From Candidatus Bipolaricaulia bacterium (GTDB lineage Bacteria; Bipolaricaulota; Bipolaricaulia; JBHIAT01): a stretch of 29,221 nt of DNA. Below the pieces are notes generated by a model, which had not been told where the DNA came from, did no database searches, and saw only the letters and a program-made list of their open reading frames with translations. The first letter of the stretch is position 1, and each line of letters starts with the position of its first letter. The stretch is taken from NCBI GenBank assembly GCA_046758705.1, contig JBHIAT010000026.1, forward strand, positions 1 to 29,221, read 5' to 3'. The position numbers were made by a program, and so were the translations under genes. This document shows, one piece after another, positions 16,025 through 29,221 of this stretch.

Positions 16025-17146
16025 TTACAACCCCTCCTCGTCAATCAGCCTGGGATCTCCGCCCTCTATTATGAAATCCAGACCTGCTTTTATCAAATTC
16101 AGTTGGCCATTATTGAGCTGTCGGTCGATGGTCGCCATCCGCCATTCAAGGTACCGGACACGATCGGCCGGATCGTCGATGTACCGATTAAGCAGCCGCT
16201 CTTCACGAACCTGAAGCTCCAAGCGTTCCTCCAGACGAAGGATGTAAAGGCGGAGCAGTGTGATCAGCCTCTCAGCGATCGCCTGGCGTTCCATCTCGAT
16301 CTCAGTCTGCTCCGCTTCCCGACGCGGCCCGGTCAGCTCTCCCGATACGCCCAATCCCACCCTCCACTCGCTCCCATCCCAGGAGAGCTGAAACGAAAGA
16401 TCCACCGGACTTCTCTGGACGGGGCGGGTTTTGGGGTTGTTGGCCAGCGCGCGATCAAGCGCCTCCTGGGGATCGAGGTCTAACTCGGGGATCTCAGGCA
16501 GGGTGATCAACTCGAACTCCGTCCCCGGGGAAAGGCCGATCAATGTTCTCAATCGCTGGTCTTTAAAGATGCGCTTGGCCTCCAGATCCTGCAGCTCGAC
16601 CCGAAGTTGTGTGATAGCGTCTCCAGTCAACTCGGCACGCTCGATCCGTTGTTTGACTTGTTCGATCCTTCCGGTCAGGGTGATCAGCCCGAGGTAGTTG
16701 CGTTTGACAAAGAAGGTAGTCCGGCTACGCCAGTGGCGCAATCGATCTTCGTAACTCGGCTCGGTGCGTTGCGACAGCAACCGATAGCCGAGGGTCGTCT
16801 GGAACTCGGGGGGTTGCGCTCCAGACGGCTCTCCGATGCCAAGCCGTCCGTCGAACCCGAGGAACAGGTCACCGAGCTCCACCATCAGGCCGAGGTTCAG
16901 TTCCGTTTCCCCGGAGCTTTGCCACAGCCCGACCTGGCCGAAGCTGTTGGTTTCAGGGATCGAGATGGGGAACGCCGCTCCCCGGACCGGAGCCCCCAAG
17001 CCGGTCGTTAACGCGCGCTCGACCACCTCTTCGAGTGATAGCTGGATGACCGCGTCCTCTTGCTGGGCAATGCCGGTGAGTGAGAAAACCGTGATTGAAA
17101 CCAGGCCCCACAAAATCGGGATCAGCATACAGACACGGACTTTCAA
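16025..17146 (-). CDS. Divergent TolC-like outer-membrane efflux protein
   Basis: Signal peptide; LSLEEVVERAL and EALDRALANNP repeat-start motifs; alternating beta-hairpin and coiled-coil segments. Confidence 0.55.
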   Translation of the reverse strand: MKVRVCMLIPILWGLVSITVFSLTGIAQQEDAVIQLSLEEVVERALTTGLGAPVRGAAFPISIPETNSFGQVGLWQSSGETELNLGLMVELGDLFLGFDGRLGIGEPSGAQPPEFQTTLGYRLLSQRTEPSYEDRLRHWRSRTTFFVKRNYLGLITLTGRIEQVKQRIERAELTGDAITQLRVELQDLEAKRIFKDQRLRTLIGLSPGTEFELITLPEIPELDLDPQEALDRALANNPKTRPVQRSPVDLSFQLSWDGSEWRVGLGVSGELTGPRREAEQTEIEMERQAIAERLITLLRLYILRLEERLELQVREERLLNRYIDDPADRVRYLEWRMATIDRQLNNGQLNLIKAGLDFIIEGGDPRLIDEEGL

Positions 17147-17811
17147 GTCAATCCCTCCTCCTCACCTGATCTCTTACCTCGGATGCGTACGACCAGCAAC
17201 ACTCCCTGTTTCACGTCGATCGTGGCCGTCCTTCGAACGAGTTCGTTGCTGATCCCCAGTGTGTTTCCCCGTTCCAGTTCACTCTCCTCCAGAGGATATT
17301 TGAATCCGGTGAGGGTGATTCCAACGACCCGGTCGGTAAACGGCAACAACGACACCAGATCGCCGATCTCGCCCGAAATTCGGGTAAAGCGGTCGACCAA
17401 CCGGATCTCGTTGCGGAGGTTCACGATCCTGGCGGGGAGGCCCCGCTCCAGGGGCAGTTTTAACAGATCGATATTGGCCAGGGTATGATCGAATCGATCG
17501 CCGATCGCCCCAAACAGAACGACCTCGGAAAGATTGCGTTGCAGTAGCTGTTCGATCGCGATCTCCGTGTCCACCTGATCCTTTTCCGTCGGATAGCGGG
17601 CGATCTCGACCCCGTGTGCTTCGAAGGACTGAATCGTCTCCGGATCGATTGAGTCGAGGTCTCCGACGATCAACTGGGGGATTACGCCGATCTGTCTGAG
17701 GAAATCGGCCCCGCCATTGACGCCCACGATGAAATCATCCGATCGGAGTTGGTCCTGGTAGAAGCCAGGCTCCTCATACCGACCGTTAGCGAAGATGACC
17801 CCACGCATCAA
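17143..17811 (-). CDS. thiN: Thiamine diphosphokinase
   Basis: GVNGGA, VGDLDSI, EKDQVDTEIA, GAIGDRFDHTLAN, GFKYPL, LGISNE. Confidence 0.93.
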   Translation of the reverse strand: MMRGVIFANGRYEEPGFYQDQLRSDDFIVGVNGGADFLRQIGVIPQLIVGDLDSIDPETIQSFEAHGVEIARYPTEKDQVDTEIAIEQLLQRNLSEVVLFGAIGDRFDHTLANIDLLKLPLERGLPARIVNLRNEIRLVDRFTRISGEIGDLVSLLPFTDRVVGITLTGFKYPLEESELERGNTLGISNELVRRTATIDVKQGVLLVVRIRGKRSGEEEGLT

Positions 17812-19094
17812 AAATGGGCGCGGATCTCAGCGCAGCTCTGTTGGACGAATTGCCCCCCGGCCGCGTCGTACCACCCTTCGAAGCCGGCAACGACCTCCAG
17901 GGACGAACCCTGGATGGCGTAAACAAACTCGATCCCAAGGGAGGAGTTGGTCCCGAAGTTGAGGAGATCTAACGGTCGCTGCTTGAAGAACACTTGGGCC
18001 CCGAGTCGATCGCTCAATTGTCCTTCATACACCACATACAGGCTTTGGTCGTTACCCCCCCCTAGCGGGAGATCGTAGCGGACCAGGATATCGGCGGTGA
18101 GCCCCAGGTTCTGTTTTAGCTCAGCGAACACTGCCAGGGTGCGGCCCGGTCCTGGGTTAGCCAGTGTGGTGATCCTGGCGCTCTTCATCCCCTCATAGTT
18201 TTCGTCAAACAGGGCGGGGACAAACCCTTGGCCCAGACTCCGGAACCCGGTGTGGAACGTGGCACCGCTGGCGAGCCGGCTCTTGAATCCAGCCTCTAAG
18301 CCGCTGTTGGCAGTAAAAGTACCGGGCGCGGTATCTTGGGAGATCTGGGTGGCCCACTCCGCGTAAGCAAGCAACGAGCCCTCAGCGAGCAAGAAGCTGC
18401 TGTCGACGCCGAACATCGTCACCGAGGTCTGGCCAGGTGTCGCATCCGAGGCAAATGTCGCGCCGAAGTCAATCAGGAGATCCACATCTATTGGGATACG
18501 AAACGCAACCCGCCCGCCGAAGACGTTCGCTCCGTCCGTCGCCCCCGCCAGATTCAGCGGTGCGAAGCCTGACAGATTGAAGCCTCCCGGCATCCCGAGC
18601 CTGACCTGAATCCCCTTCTCACGGAGCGGTAGACGATCGGTCGCTTGCGCCAGGGCGGTGTACCGCTCTGTGATCAGACCGTGGTCAAGCGTAACCCGAT
18701 CGAGCGGTGCGTAACTGGCGTGTATCCCTGTAGTATTGAATTCTACAGACCGCAGCGCGATCAGGTCCCAGGGGTAGATGGTGCATGCATTCTCTCCCGG
18801 ATTCGGAACGACGCATGGGTTTCCTTCCCGATCGACGAGGGCGAAGCCATTCGCTGGGTCCATACGCAACTGGAGGTCCAGGCCGAGGGCGAGCGCTCCG
18901 ATCCCCAGGTTCGGATGGAGGGTGATCCGGGCGAACTGTCCGCCTACAAATCCCAAACTGGCGGATAGGTCTAGGTCTGAGCGAGGCGCAGGTTGGGTGA
19001 CCTCCTGGATCTCCTGGGCAACTCCTACACTAGAGATACAGAGCAACGTAATCACAGCGACTGACATCCGTCCGATCCGTCCGATTTGAGCCAT
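17808..19094 (-). CDS. Hypothetical exported protein, probable outer-membrane beta-barrel
   Basis: Signal peptide, many amphipathic strands with alternating residues, C-terminal Phe (AEIRAHF). Confidence 0.6.
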   Translation of the reverse strand: MAQIGRIGRMSVAVITLLCISSVGVAQEIQEVTQPAPRSDLDLSASLGFVGGQFARITLHPNLGIGALALGLDLQLRMDPANGFALVDREGNPCVVPNPGENACTIYPWDLIALRSVEFNTTGIHASYAPLDRVTLDHGLITERYTALAQATDRLPLREKGIQVRLGMPGGFNLSGFAPLNLAGATDGANVFGGRVAFRIPIDVDLLIDFGATFASDATPGQTSVTMFGVDSSFLLAEGSLLAYAEWATQISQDTAPGTFTANSGLEAGFKSRLASGATFHTGFRSLGQGFVPALFDENYEGMKSARITTLANPGPGRTLAVFAELKQNLGLTADILVRYDLPLGGGNDQSLYVVYEGQLSDRLGAQVFFKQRPLDLLNFGTNSSLGIEFVYAIQGSSLEVVAGFEGWYDAAGGQFVQQSCAEIRAHF

Positions 19095-19108
19095 GTCCCC
19101 TCCTTAAG

Positions 19109-20224
19109 TTAGATCAACCTTATACAGCTGTTGTCACCGAGGATCAATTGGTAGGCCTCCGGTGGCTCCGTTTTCCGTCCGATCTGCACGTTGCGTCCGA
19201 TCAGGCTATGGTCAATCCTCCCGACTACATTCTCGATCCTCGACGCTTCCATGACGATGCTGTACTCAACCTCACTGTTTCGGATCACTGTGCCTCGGTC
19301 GATGGACGTGAACGGGCCGATGAACGACCGCTCGATATGAACGTCCGGTCCGATCTTGATCGGTCCCCGAAGTTTGCTGTCGACGATCTTTGTCCCCTCA
19401 GCAACTACCACCCGCCCCGTTAGCGAGGAATCTTGCACTTGACCGTGGATCTCCCCCGTCAACTGCTCCAGAATCAACTGGTTGGCGTGCAGAACATCTT
19501 CCGGACCCCCAGTATCGATCCACCATCCTTCAACCGAATAGGGGATAACTTGATGACCCTCCTCGATGAGTCGCTGGATGGCATCGGTGATTTCAAGCTC
19601 CCCCCGCGCTGATGGCTCGGTTGCCTCGATCGCCGGGAAGATGTTTCGATCGAACAGATAGACTCCGATGATCGCCTGGTTGCTTCTTGGCTGTTCAGGC
19701 TTCTCGACCAGCCGAACGATCTGACCGTCCTCGATCTCGGCCACCCCGAAGCGGCTTGGATCATTGACCTCATACAGTACGATTGCGGCATGGGCGTCTG
19801 ATGCGTTAAAATCGTCGATAAAGCGACGCACTCCGTTCTCCAGCAGGTTGTCTCCCAGATAGACCAGGAATGGCTCGTCCCCCACGAACTCCTCGACACA
19901 GGCGACGGCGTGTGCCAGCCCCTTGGGATCCCGCTGCAGGATATAGTGAATCCGCACTCCCCAGCGGCTGCCATCTCCGAGTCGAGCAGTGAACTCGTCC
20001 TCGACGTTTGGGCTGACGACTATCCCCACCTCTTCGATTCCCGCGTCCTGGAGCGCCTCGATGTTATACTCGATCACCGGTTTGTTGGCCACCGGGATGA
20101 GATGCTTGGCCCCGGTATGGGTCAGCGGACGGAGCCGGATGCCCTTCCCGGCACACAAGACCACCGCCTTCAACAACCGATCACCTCCGGGCTCGATGAT
20201 AACAGACCGAACAGGAGGGTTCAA
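19109..20224 (-). CDS. rmlA: Glucose-1-phosphate thymidylyltransferase, long form
   Basis: AGKGIRLRPLTHTGAKHLIPVANKP, YLGDN, RFGVA, PSARGELEITDAIQ, WWIDTG, C-terminal beta-helix. True start probably at LKAVVL. Confidence 0.9.
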   Translation of the reverse strand: MNPPVRSVIIEPGGDRLLKAVVLCAGKGIRLRPLTHTGAKHLIPVANKPVIEYNIEALQDAGIEEVGIVVSPNVEDEFTARLGDGSRWGVRIHYILQRDPKGLAHAVACVEEFVGDEPFLVYLGDNLLENGVRRFIDDFNASDAHAAIVLYEVNDPSRFGVAEIEDGQIVRLVEKPEQPRSNQAIIGVYLFDRNIFPAIEATEPSARGELEITDAIQRLIEEGHQVIPYSVEGWWIDTGGPEDVLHANQLILEQLTGEIHGQVQDSSLTGRVVVAEGTKIVDSKLRGPIKIGPDVHIERSFIGPFTSIDRGTVIRNSEVEYSIVMEASRIENVVGRIDHSLIGRNVQIGRKTEPPEAYQLILGDNSCIRLI

Positions 20225-20237
20225 GTAGCACCCGGAT

Positions 20238-21740
20238 TCAGGTCCGATAGACGATCTCTCCTCCCAGGATCGTCATGACGACCTCAAGGTCCTCAATCCG
20301 GTCCGGAATCCGGTGGGGATTGTCTGAGACGACTACGAGATCAGCCAGCTTTCCGGGTGTGATCGAGCCCACTTCAGCTTCGTCGAAGCCGGCGTAGGCA
20401 GCGCCCAAGGTATAGGCATGGATTGCCGTTTCGACCGACAGTCGTTGGATCTCGAACGGTGTGTTGATCGCCCAGTGGAGGCCATAGCGCGGTGAGAATG
20501 GCATACAATCGGAGCCAAACGCGAGCGGTACCCCGGCTTCGATGAGCTTAGCGAATGGGTTCATGTACACCGTCCGTGCTTTGCCGAGCCGCCGCTCATA
20601 CATGCCGTCCGACAGGCCCCAGTTGCCTATAAAGTTAGGCTGCATCGAGGCAACGACCCCGAGCTGTCGCATTCGTTCGATCTGTCCGTCGCTGACCAGC
20701 TCGAGATGTTCGATGCGAGGGCGGTCGTCCGCAGTCACGCCCGCCTCGGCTAACGCATCGAGCGCGGTCGCGATCCCCCGGTCACCGATTGCATGGATCA
20801 TCAACTGGAAACCGTTGCGATGGGCAGTTTGAACTAACCATTTCAACTCTTCAGGTTCGTAATTGAGCGCACCGGTTCCATCCCGATCCTCATATGGCTC
20901 GTTGAGTGCCGCGTTGCCCGCCCCGATCGAGCCATCCGTGAAAATCTTGATCGCCCCTAACTTGAGAAACGGTCCGCCGAACCCGGTACGCAGGCCGAGT
21001 CCGCTCAGATCGTCCAGAAACTGGACCCGCGGGTTGATCCGCACTCGGATCCGAAGCTTATCGCGGAGTTCGTTGTAAACCTGAATCTGTTCAGGTTCGA
21101 CGATATCGTGGACCGAAGTGACCCCGTGGCGATAGGCAAGCCTGGTCGCCGCCCGGACCGCCTCTCGCAGTTGCTCGGGGTTGAATCCTATAAGATCGTA
21201 GATCCTCCAAGCGGTCTCTTCTCGGAGCAAGCCGTCCTCGGATCTGACATTCAGGGTCTGCAGAGCAACCTGGTTAACGCTCGCCAAGTGGCCGTCCACG
21301 CGGAACAACGCCACCGGATGCCGGGAGGTGATCCGATCGAGATCCTCCCGGGTGATGTATCGGGCCTCCGGCCAGTGGCTCTCGTCCCAGCCGCGTCCAA
21401 CGATCCACTCCCCCTCAGGACGTCGCTTCGCAGCATCACGCACCCGGTCCAGGGCTGCCTCAAGCGACCCGGCTTCTCCCAGATTGAGGTAAACGGTCTG
21501 CTCCAGACCGAGCTGGACAAAGTGGGTGTGGGCGTCGATGAAACCGGGTAGGACCGTCTTCCCGTGCAGGTCGATCGTCTCCGCCCCAGCCCCAAGCGCC
21601 TGGATCTCTTTGGATCGGCCAACCGCCAGAATCCGATCCCTCCAGATGGCCACCGCCTCCTGCTCCTGATCACCGTCGGATTCGGATAGGGCCATCACCA
21701 CGCCGTTGAGCAACACCAAGTCCGGTATGATCTTCATCAC
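20238..21740 (-). CDS. YtcJ-like metal-dependent amidohydrolase
   Basis: PGFIDAHTH, KIFTDGSIG, IHAIGD, RIEH, ASMQP, FGSD, GKLADLVV. Confidence 0.9.
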   Translation of the reverse strand: MMKIIPDLVLLNGVVMALSESDGDQEQEAVAIWRDRILAVGRSKEIQALGAGAETIDLHGKTVLPGFIDAHTHFVQLGLEQTVYLNLGEAGSLEAALDRVRDAAKRRPEGEWIVGRGWDESHWPEARYITREDLDRITSRHPVALFRVDGHLASVNQVALQTLNVRSEDGLLREETAWRIYDLIGFNPEQLREAVRAATRLAYRHGVTSVHDIVEPEQIQVYNELRDKLRIRVRINPRVQFLDDLSGLGLRTGFGGPFLKLGAIKIFTDGSIGAGNAALNEPYEDRDGTGALNYEPEELKWLVQTAHRNGFQLMIHAIGDRGIATALDALAEAGVTADDRPRIEHLELVSDGQIERMRQLGVVASMQPNFIGNWGLSDGMYERRLGKARTVYMNPFAKLIEAGVPLAFGSDCMPFSPRYGLHWAINTPFEIQRLSVETAIHAYTLGAAYAGFDEAEVGSITPGKLADLVVVSDNPHRIPDRIEDLEVVMTILGGEIVYRT

Positions 21741-22642
21741 TTTGTCTCTGGTTCCCGCGATTCCTCTGACGCCTTTTGCAAGGCGGCTGCGCTGGCTGCA
21801 CCATAGGCTTTTGACAACAAGGAGGCAATATTATGGCTCCCAATTGCGAAAGGAGCCTCCCCCAGCCTTTTGAGGATGGCATGGTCAACCTTGGGTGCCG
21901 CAGGCCTCACAACAAAGGCATCCAAGGCCTTTCCCGGCAGCCAAAACGTGTCCAGGCATTCTTCGAGTGGCAAGATCTTCTCATCTGGAGTGAGGCCTGC
22001 TCCGGTGAAGGGAGACGCGCTTTCTGCAGGCAGGGTTTCAGCGCGCTTTTCTCTCAGCACCTTGATAATCTCATCCTTGGTTCGACCGCGCAGTTTGAAA
22101 ATCAGAAATGGATCCTCATCGAAACGTTCTGCCAGCAGGTAATAGACAGCAGCAATGTGCTTGCAGGGATTTGCCCAATCAGGGCAAGAGCATTCGGTAT
22201 CAAGCTCCTCCCTTGAGGTTGGGAAAAGGGATAGGTTCACCTCACTAAAGGCGTCCTCGATGTTCTGGGGCATCTCGCCGGAAAGCAACTTCGCCGCAAA
22301 TATGGCTTGAGACGCCATCGCGTCGCTGACTTTGTCCCAATCTGGATCTGCGAGTGGCTGCAACCGAATCGTGACGGAATAGGGCTTGGCTCGTGTCCCC
22401 TGAACCTTGGCCTTCACCACACCGGATTGCACATCGATGGAGATCACCTGCCCCTTGCGGGCGTAGGTGCGGCCGCGGGTCAACCTCGCCCCCATGTGGA
22501 AGGACTCCAGAACACCAATCCAGCGTTTGGACCACCAGGTTTCGCCGATCGCTCCCCGTTGGCTCTTCGCCTTGATTCCGCCCTTGACCGGCCTCGGCTT
22601 GGCCGGTGGATAGTAATCATACCTCCAGTATCCTCGCGGCAT
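21737..22642 (-). CDS. SWIM zinc-finger protein
   Basis: CSCPDWANPCKHIAAVYY; TWWSKRW and RLTRGRTYARKG motifs; follows a SNF2 gene. Confidence 0.92.
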   Translation of the reverse strand: MPRGYWRYDYYPPAKPRPVKGGIKAKSQRGAIGETWWSKRWIGVLESFHMGARLTRGRTYARKGQVISIDVQSGVVKAKVQGTRAKPYSVTIRLQPLADPDWDKVSDAMASQAIFAAKLLSGEMPQNIEDAFSEVNLSLFPTSREELDTECSCPDWANPCKHIAAVYYLLAERFDEDPFLIFKLRGRTKDEIIKVLREKRAETLPAESASPFTGAGLTPDEKILPLEECLDTFWLPGKALDAFVVRPAAPKVDHAILKRLGEAPFAIGSHNIASLLSKAYGAASAAALQKASEESREPETK

Positions 22643-22650
22643 AACTCACT

Positions 22651-27207
<4,557 letters not shown>

Positions 27208-27465
27208 GGTCTTTCCTCTTTAGCTGATACTGATAGGTACTCGAAGCATTTGTTCAATTGATCTATGAATTTCTCGGGTGTCCCTGGCATGGGTTGTCAC
27301 CTCCCCTACCTCATACTCATACCAGGAGGATTGCATGCTTCAAATCCAGTGTACTCTCAATCGAGCCGAAGTGCAAACCGCCTACGGCCCCCTCTGCGCC
27401 TTGGACCCTTATCTCTGCGACATCCTCTCATGACTAATCATAGCGAATAGGTTCGAGGCCTATGC

Positions 27466-28935
27466 TCAACTTCCCAACCATTCTGCACATACTGCCTCTC
27501 CAGTCTCTACGGCGGCGATGTCCACCCGTTCGAGAATCCAGTCCGCTATCAGATCGAGAAAACCGGGAACGAACGCTTTCTCCAGGATGGCATATTCACT
27601 AGGGCTGCCTGTCTCCGCGGTCTGGAACAGATGATTGGCTTTGGGCAAGACTATGGTAGTGTGATCCGGGTTGCCTGTCTCTTCTAGGGCGCGTTCAATT
27701 GCTTCCTTGTTCATCTCAGCCGGAACCTGCAGATCCAACTCTCCAAAGAGAGCGAGAACAGGGATGGTCACCTCTTCAAGAGCAGACACGGGATCATAAT
27801 CCAGGAAGAACTTGAACCATGGGCTTTGAACCGATTGCAACTGCTGCTCGACAACCGAATTCACAAATTGATCGACATCGGTGATCGCCTCACGCTGATT
27901 CTTCGACATCTTTTCAAGGGATGTCAGGATCTCTTGGCGGATTCTGGCCTCTATCTCGTCCCACCCCTCGCCAGTACGCATCGCTTCAAAAGTGCGTCTT
28001 TGGTTTTCGAGCGCCTTTTCGATCCCTGCATCAGTGGCGCCGTCAGCTCGCATGATGAGTTCTAGCTGGGCCTGTAGAATCTTCTCGCCGGTTACACCGG
28101 TGCCGGCCATGAGAATAATGAAAGCAATATCTTCCGAACGGGAAGCCGCCAATGGGGCGACGATGCCGCCTTCACTGTGACCCAGGAGCCCAATTTGCCT
28201 TGGGTTGATGTCTGAACGACCCTGTAAGAGTTTCACAGCTGCCAACACATCTCCAGCGAAATCCTCAGTGGTGGACTGGCTCACGTCTCCTGTTGAACCG
28301 CCCACGCCTCGGTCATCATACCTCAACACCGCGATGCCGTTGCGAGTGAAATGGTCTGCAATGATGCGAAATGGCCTGAAGCCAAACAGTTCTTCATCCC
28401 GATTTTGGGCACCACTACCGGTGATCAAGACCACGGCTGGGTGAGGACCACTTGTGAGAGGTAGCGTCAGCGTGCCGGCAAGGGTGATGTCTTCGTTTTG
28501 GAAACGGATCTCCTCCTCCTTGTAAGGTAGTGGCTCTTCGGGCTCAGGTTCTTCTTTCATAGCTTCTCCACGCTTTAGTTGAAACGTGCCTGAAATCCCA
28601 GATTGCTCAAAGTCTCCAGAGATCGTGCCGTCCTTGAGCTCTCCGTCGAAGATAGCCAGCCCCGGACCAGCTTGCAGTTCGAAGTGCACTTTGGAAGGCT
28701 CATAGCGGACGTTGGTCAGCGCCAGTCCTGTCGCGCCCTGCTGGGGAATGTCGATGGTGGCTTTGAGGCCTTCCTCGTTAGTCTCAAAGTTGACCATGAT
28801 GATCAGCTCTGTCCCCGCGATCTGGATGGCGCCTTCCCAGTGACCATCGAGGGTCTCTTCTGCCACTGCCACCCAAGATGACACCCAGAAGCAACAAACC
28901 AACAGCACAAGGATGATCATAGTCGATTTTCTCAT
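27466..28935 (-). CDS. Secreted alpha/beta-fold hydrolase
   Basis: Signal peptide, GSGAQNRDE, LRYDDRGVG, nucleophile elbow GHSEG, DLQV, NHLFQ. Confidence 0.9.
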   Translation of the reverse strand: MRKSTMIILVLLVCCFWVSSWVAVAEETLDGHWEGAIQIAGTELIIMVNFETNEEGLKATIDIPQQGATGLALTNVRYEPSKVHFELQAGPGLAIFDGELKDGTISGDFEQSGISGTFQLKRGEAMKEEPEPEEPLPYKEEEIRFQNEDITLAGTLTLPLTSGPHPAVVLITGSGAQNRDEELFGFRPFRIIADHFTRNGIAVLRYDDRGVGGSTGDVSQSTTEDFAGDVLAAVKLLQGRSDINPRQIGLLGHSEGGIVAPLAASRSEDIAFIILMAGTGVTGEKILQAQLELIMRADGATDAGIEKALENQRRTFEAMRTGEGWDEIEARIRQEILTSLEKMSKNQREAITDVDQFVNSVVEQQLQSVQSPWFKFFLDYDPVSALEEVTIPVLALFGELDLQVPAEMNKEAIERALEETGNPDHTTIVLPKANHLFQTAETGSPSEYAILEKAFVPGFLDLIADWILERVDIAAVETGEAVCAEWLGS

Positions 28936-28961
28936 GTCACGAACCTCATCTCCTGGGTGGT

Positions 28962-28970
28962 ATTATAACA
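28962..28970 (-). promoter_or_regulatory. Extended -10 element upstream of the hydrolase
   Basis: TGTTATAAT on the minus strand 26 nt upstream of the ATG. Confidence 0.55.
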
Positions 28971-29165
28971 ACCGAATGTAGCTGCCTTCTAATCGCGGCC
29001 TCGACGGTCTCGATGATCCCGGCGAAGCGGGACGGATCCAGGGAGGTGCCTCCCACCAAAATCCATCCGCATTCGCTTGGCCAATCAACCCCACCGCGTT
29101 CTCCGGGGGGGTACGTTCCCGCCGCACTGGATCTGAACCGGTTTGCCGGTCTTCCGACTATACAA

Positions 29166-29204
29166 CTTTCAATCCCTTTCAGGGTTTGGTCTATACTGTG
29201 AAAC
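29166..29204 (-). CRISPR. Single CRISPR-repeat-like unit, possibly the trailer repeat of an array beyond the window
   Basis: Minus strand GTTTCACAGTATAGACCAAACCCTGAAAGGGATTGAAAG has a GTTTC start, a small CCCT/AGGG hairpin and an ATTGAAAG end. Only one copy is visible. Confidence 0.4.
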
Positions 29205-29221
29205 CTCGATCGCCCGGCCAG

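Overview
Bacterial chromosomal window, probably from a diderm (it encodes a TolC-like and a beta-barrel-like protein). In order: the 3' end of a sigma-70 gene; a DrrA/DrrB-type ABC exporter; a 2.8-kb non-autonomous Tn3-derived cassette carrying acr3-arsR-arsC; a DUF4004/YhbD regulator plus bactofilin-like operon with two promoters sharing an operator-like palindrome; rpiB; tRNA-Leu(CAG); an unannotated ~225-nt tRNA-like structured RNA candidate; a lipid kinase; a gluzincin peptidase; two secreted LysM+HEAT paralogs with different N-terminal domains; a long minus-strand cluster (intein-containing SNF2, SWIM, amidohydrolase, rmlA, beta-barrel, thiN, TolC-like, PGI/PMI, hpt); a secreted alpha/beta hydrolase; and one CRISPR-like repeat at the right edge. 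The cassette is bounded by 108-bp inverted repeats that are both the 3' end of a transposase, with an ATCAT target duplication. The most interesting items are this cassette, the tRNA-like RNA and the modular LysM-HEAT pair. All calls come from reading motifs by eye; no searches were run.
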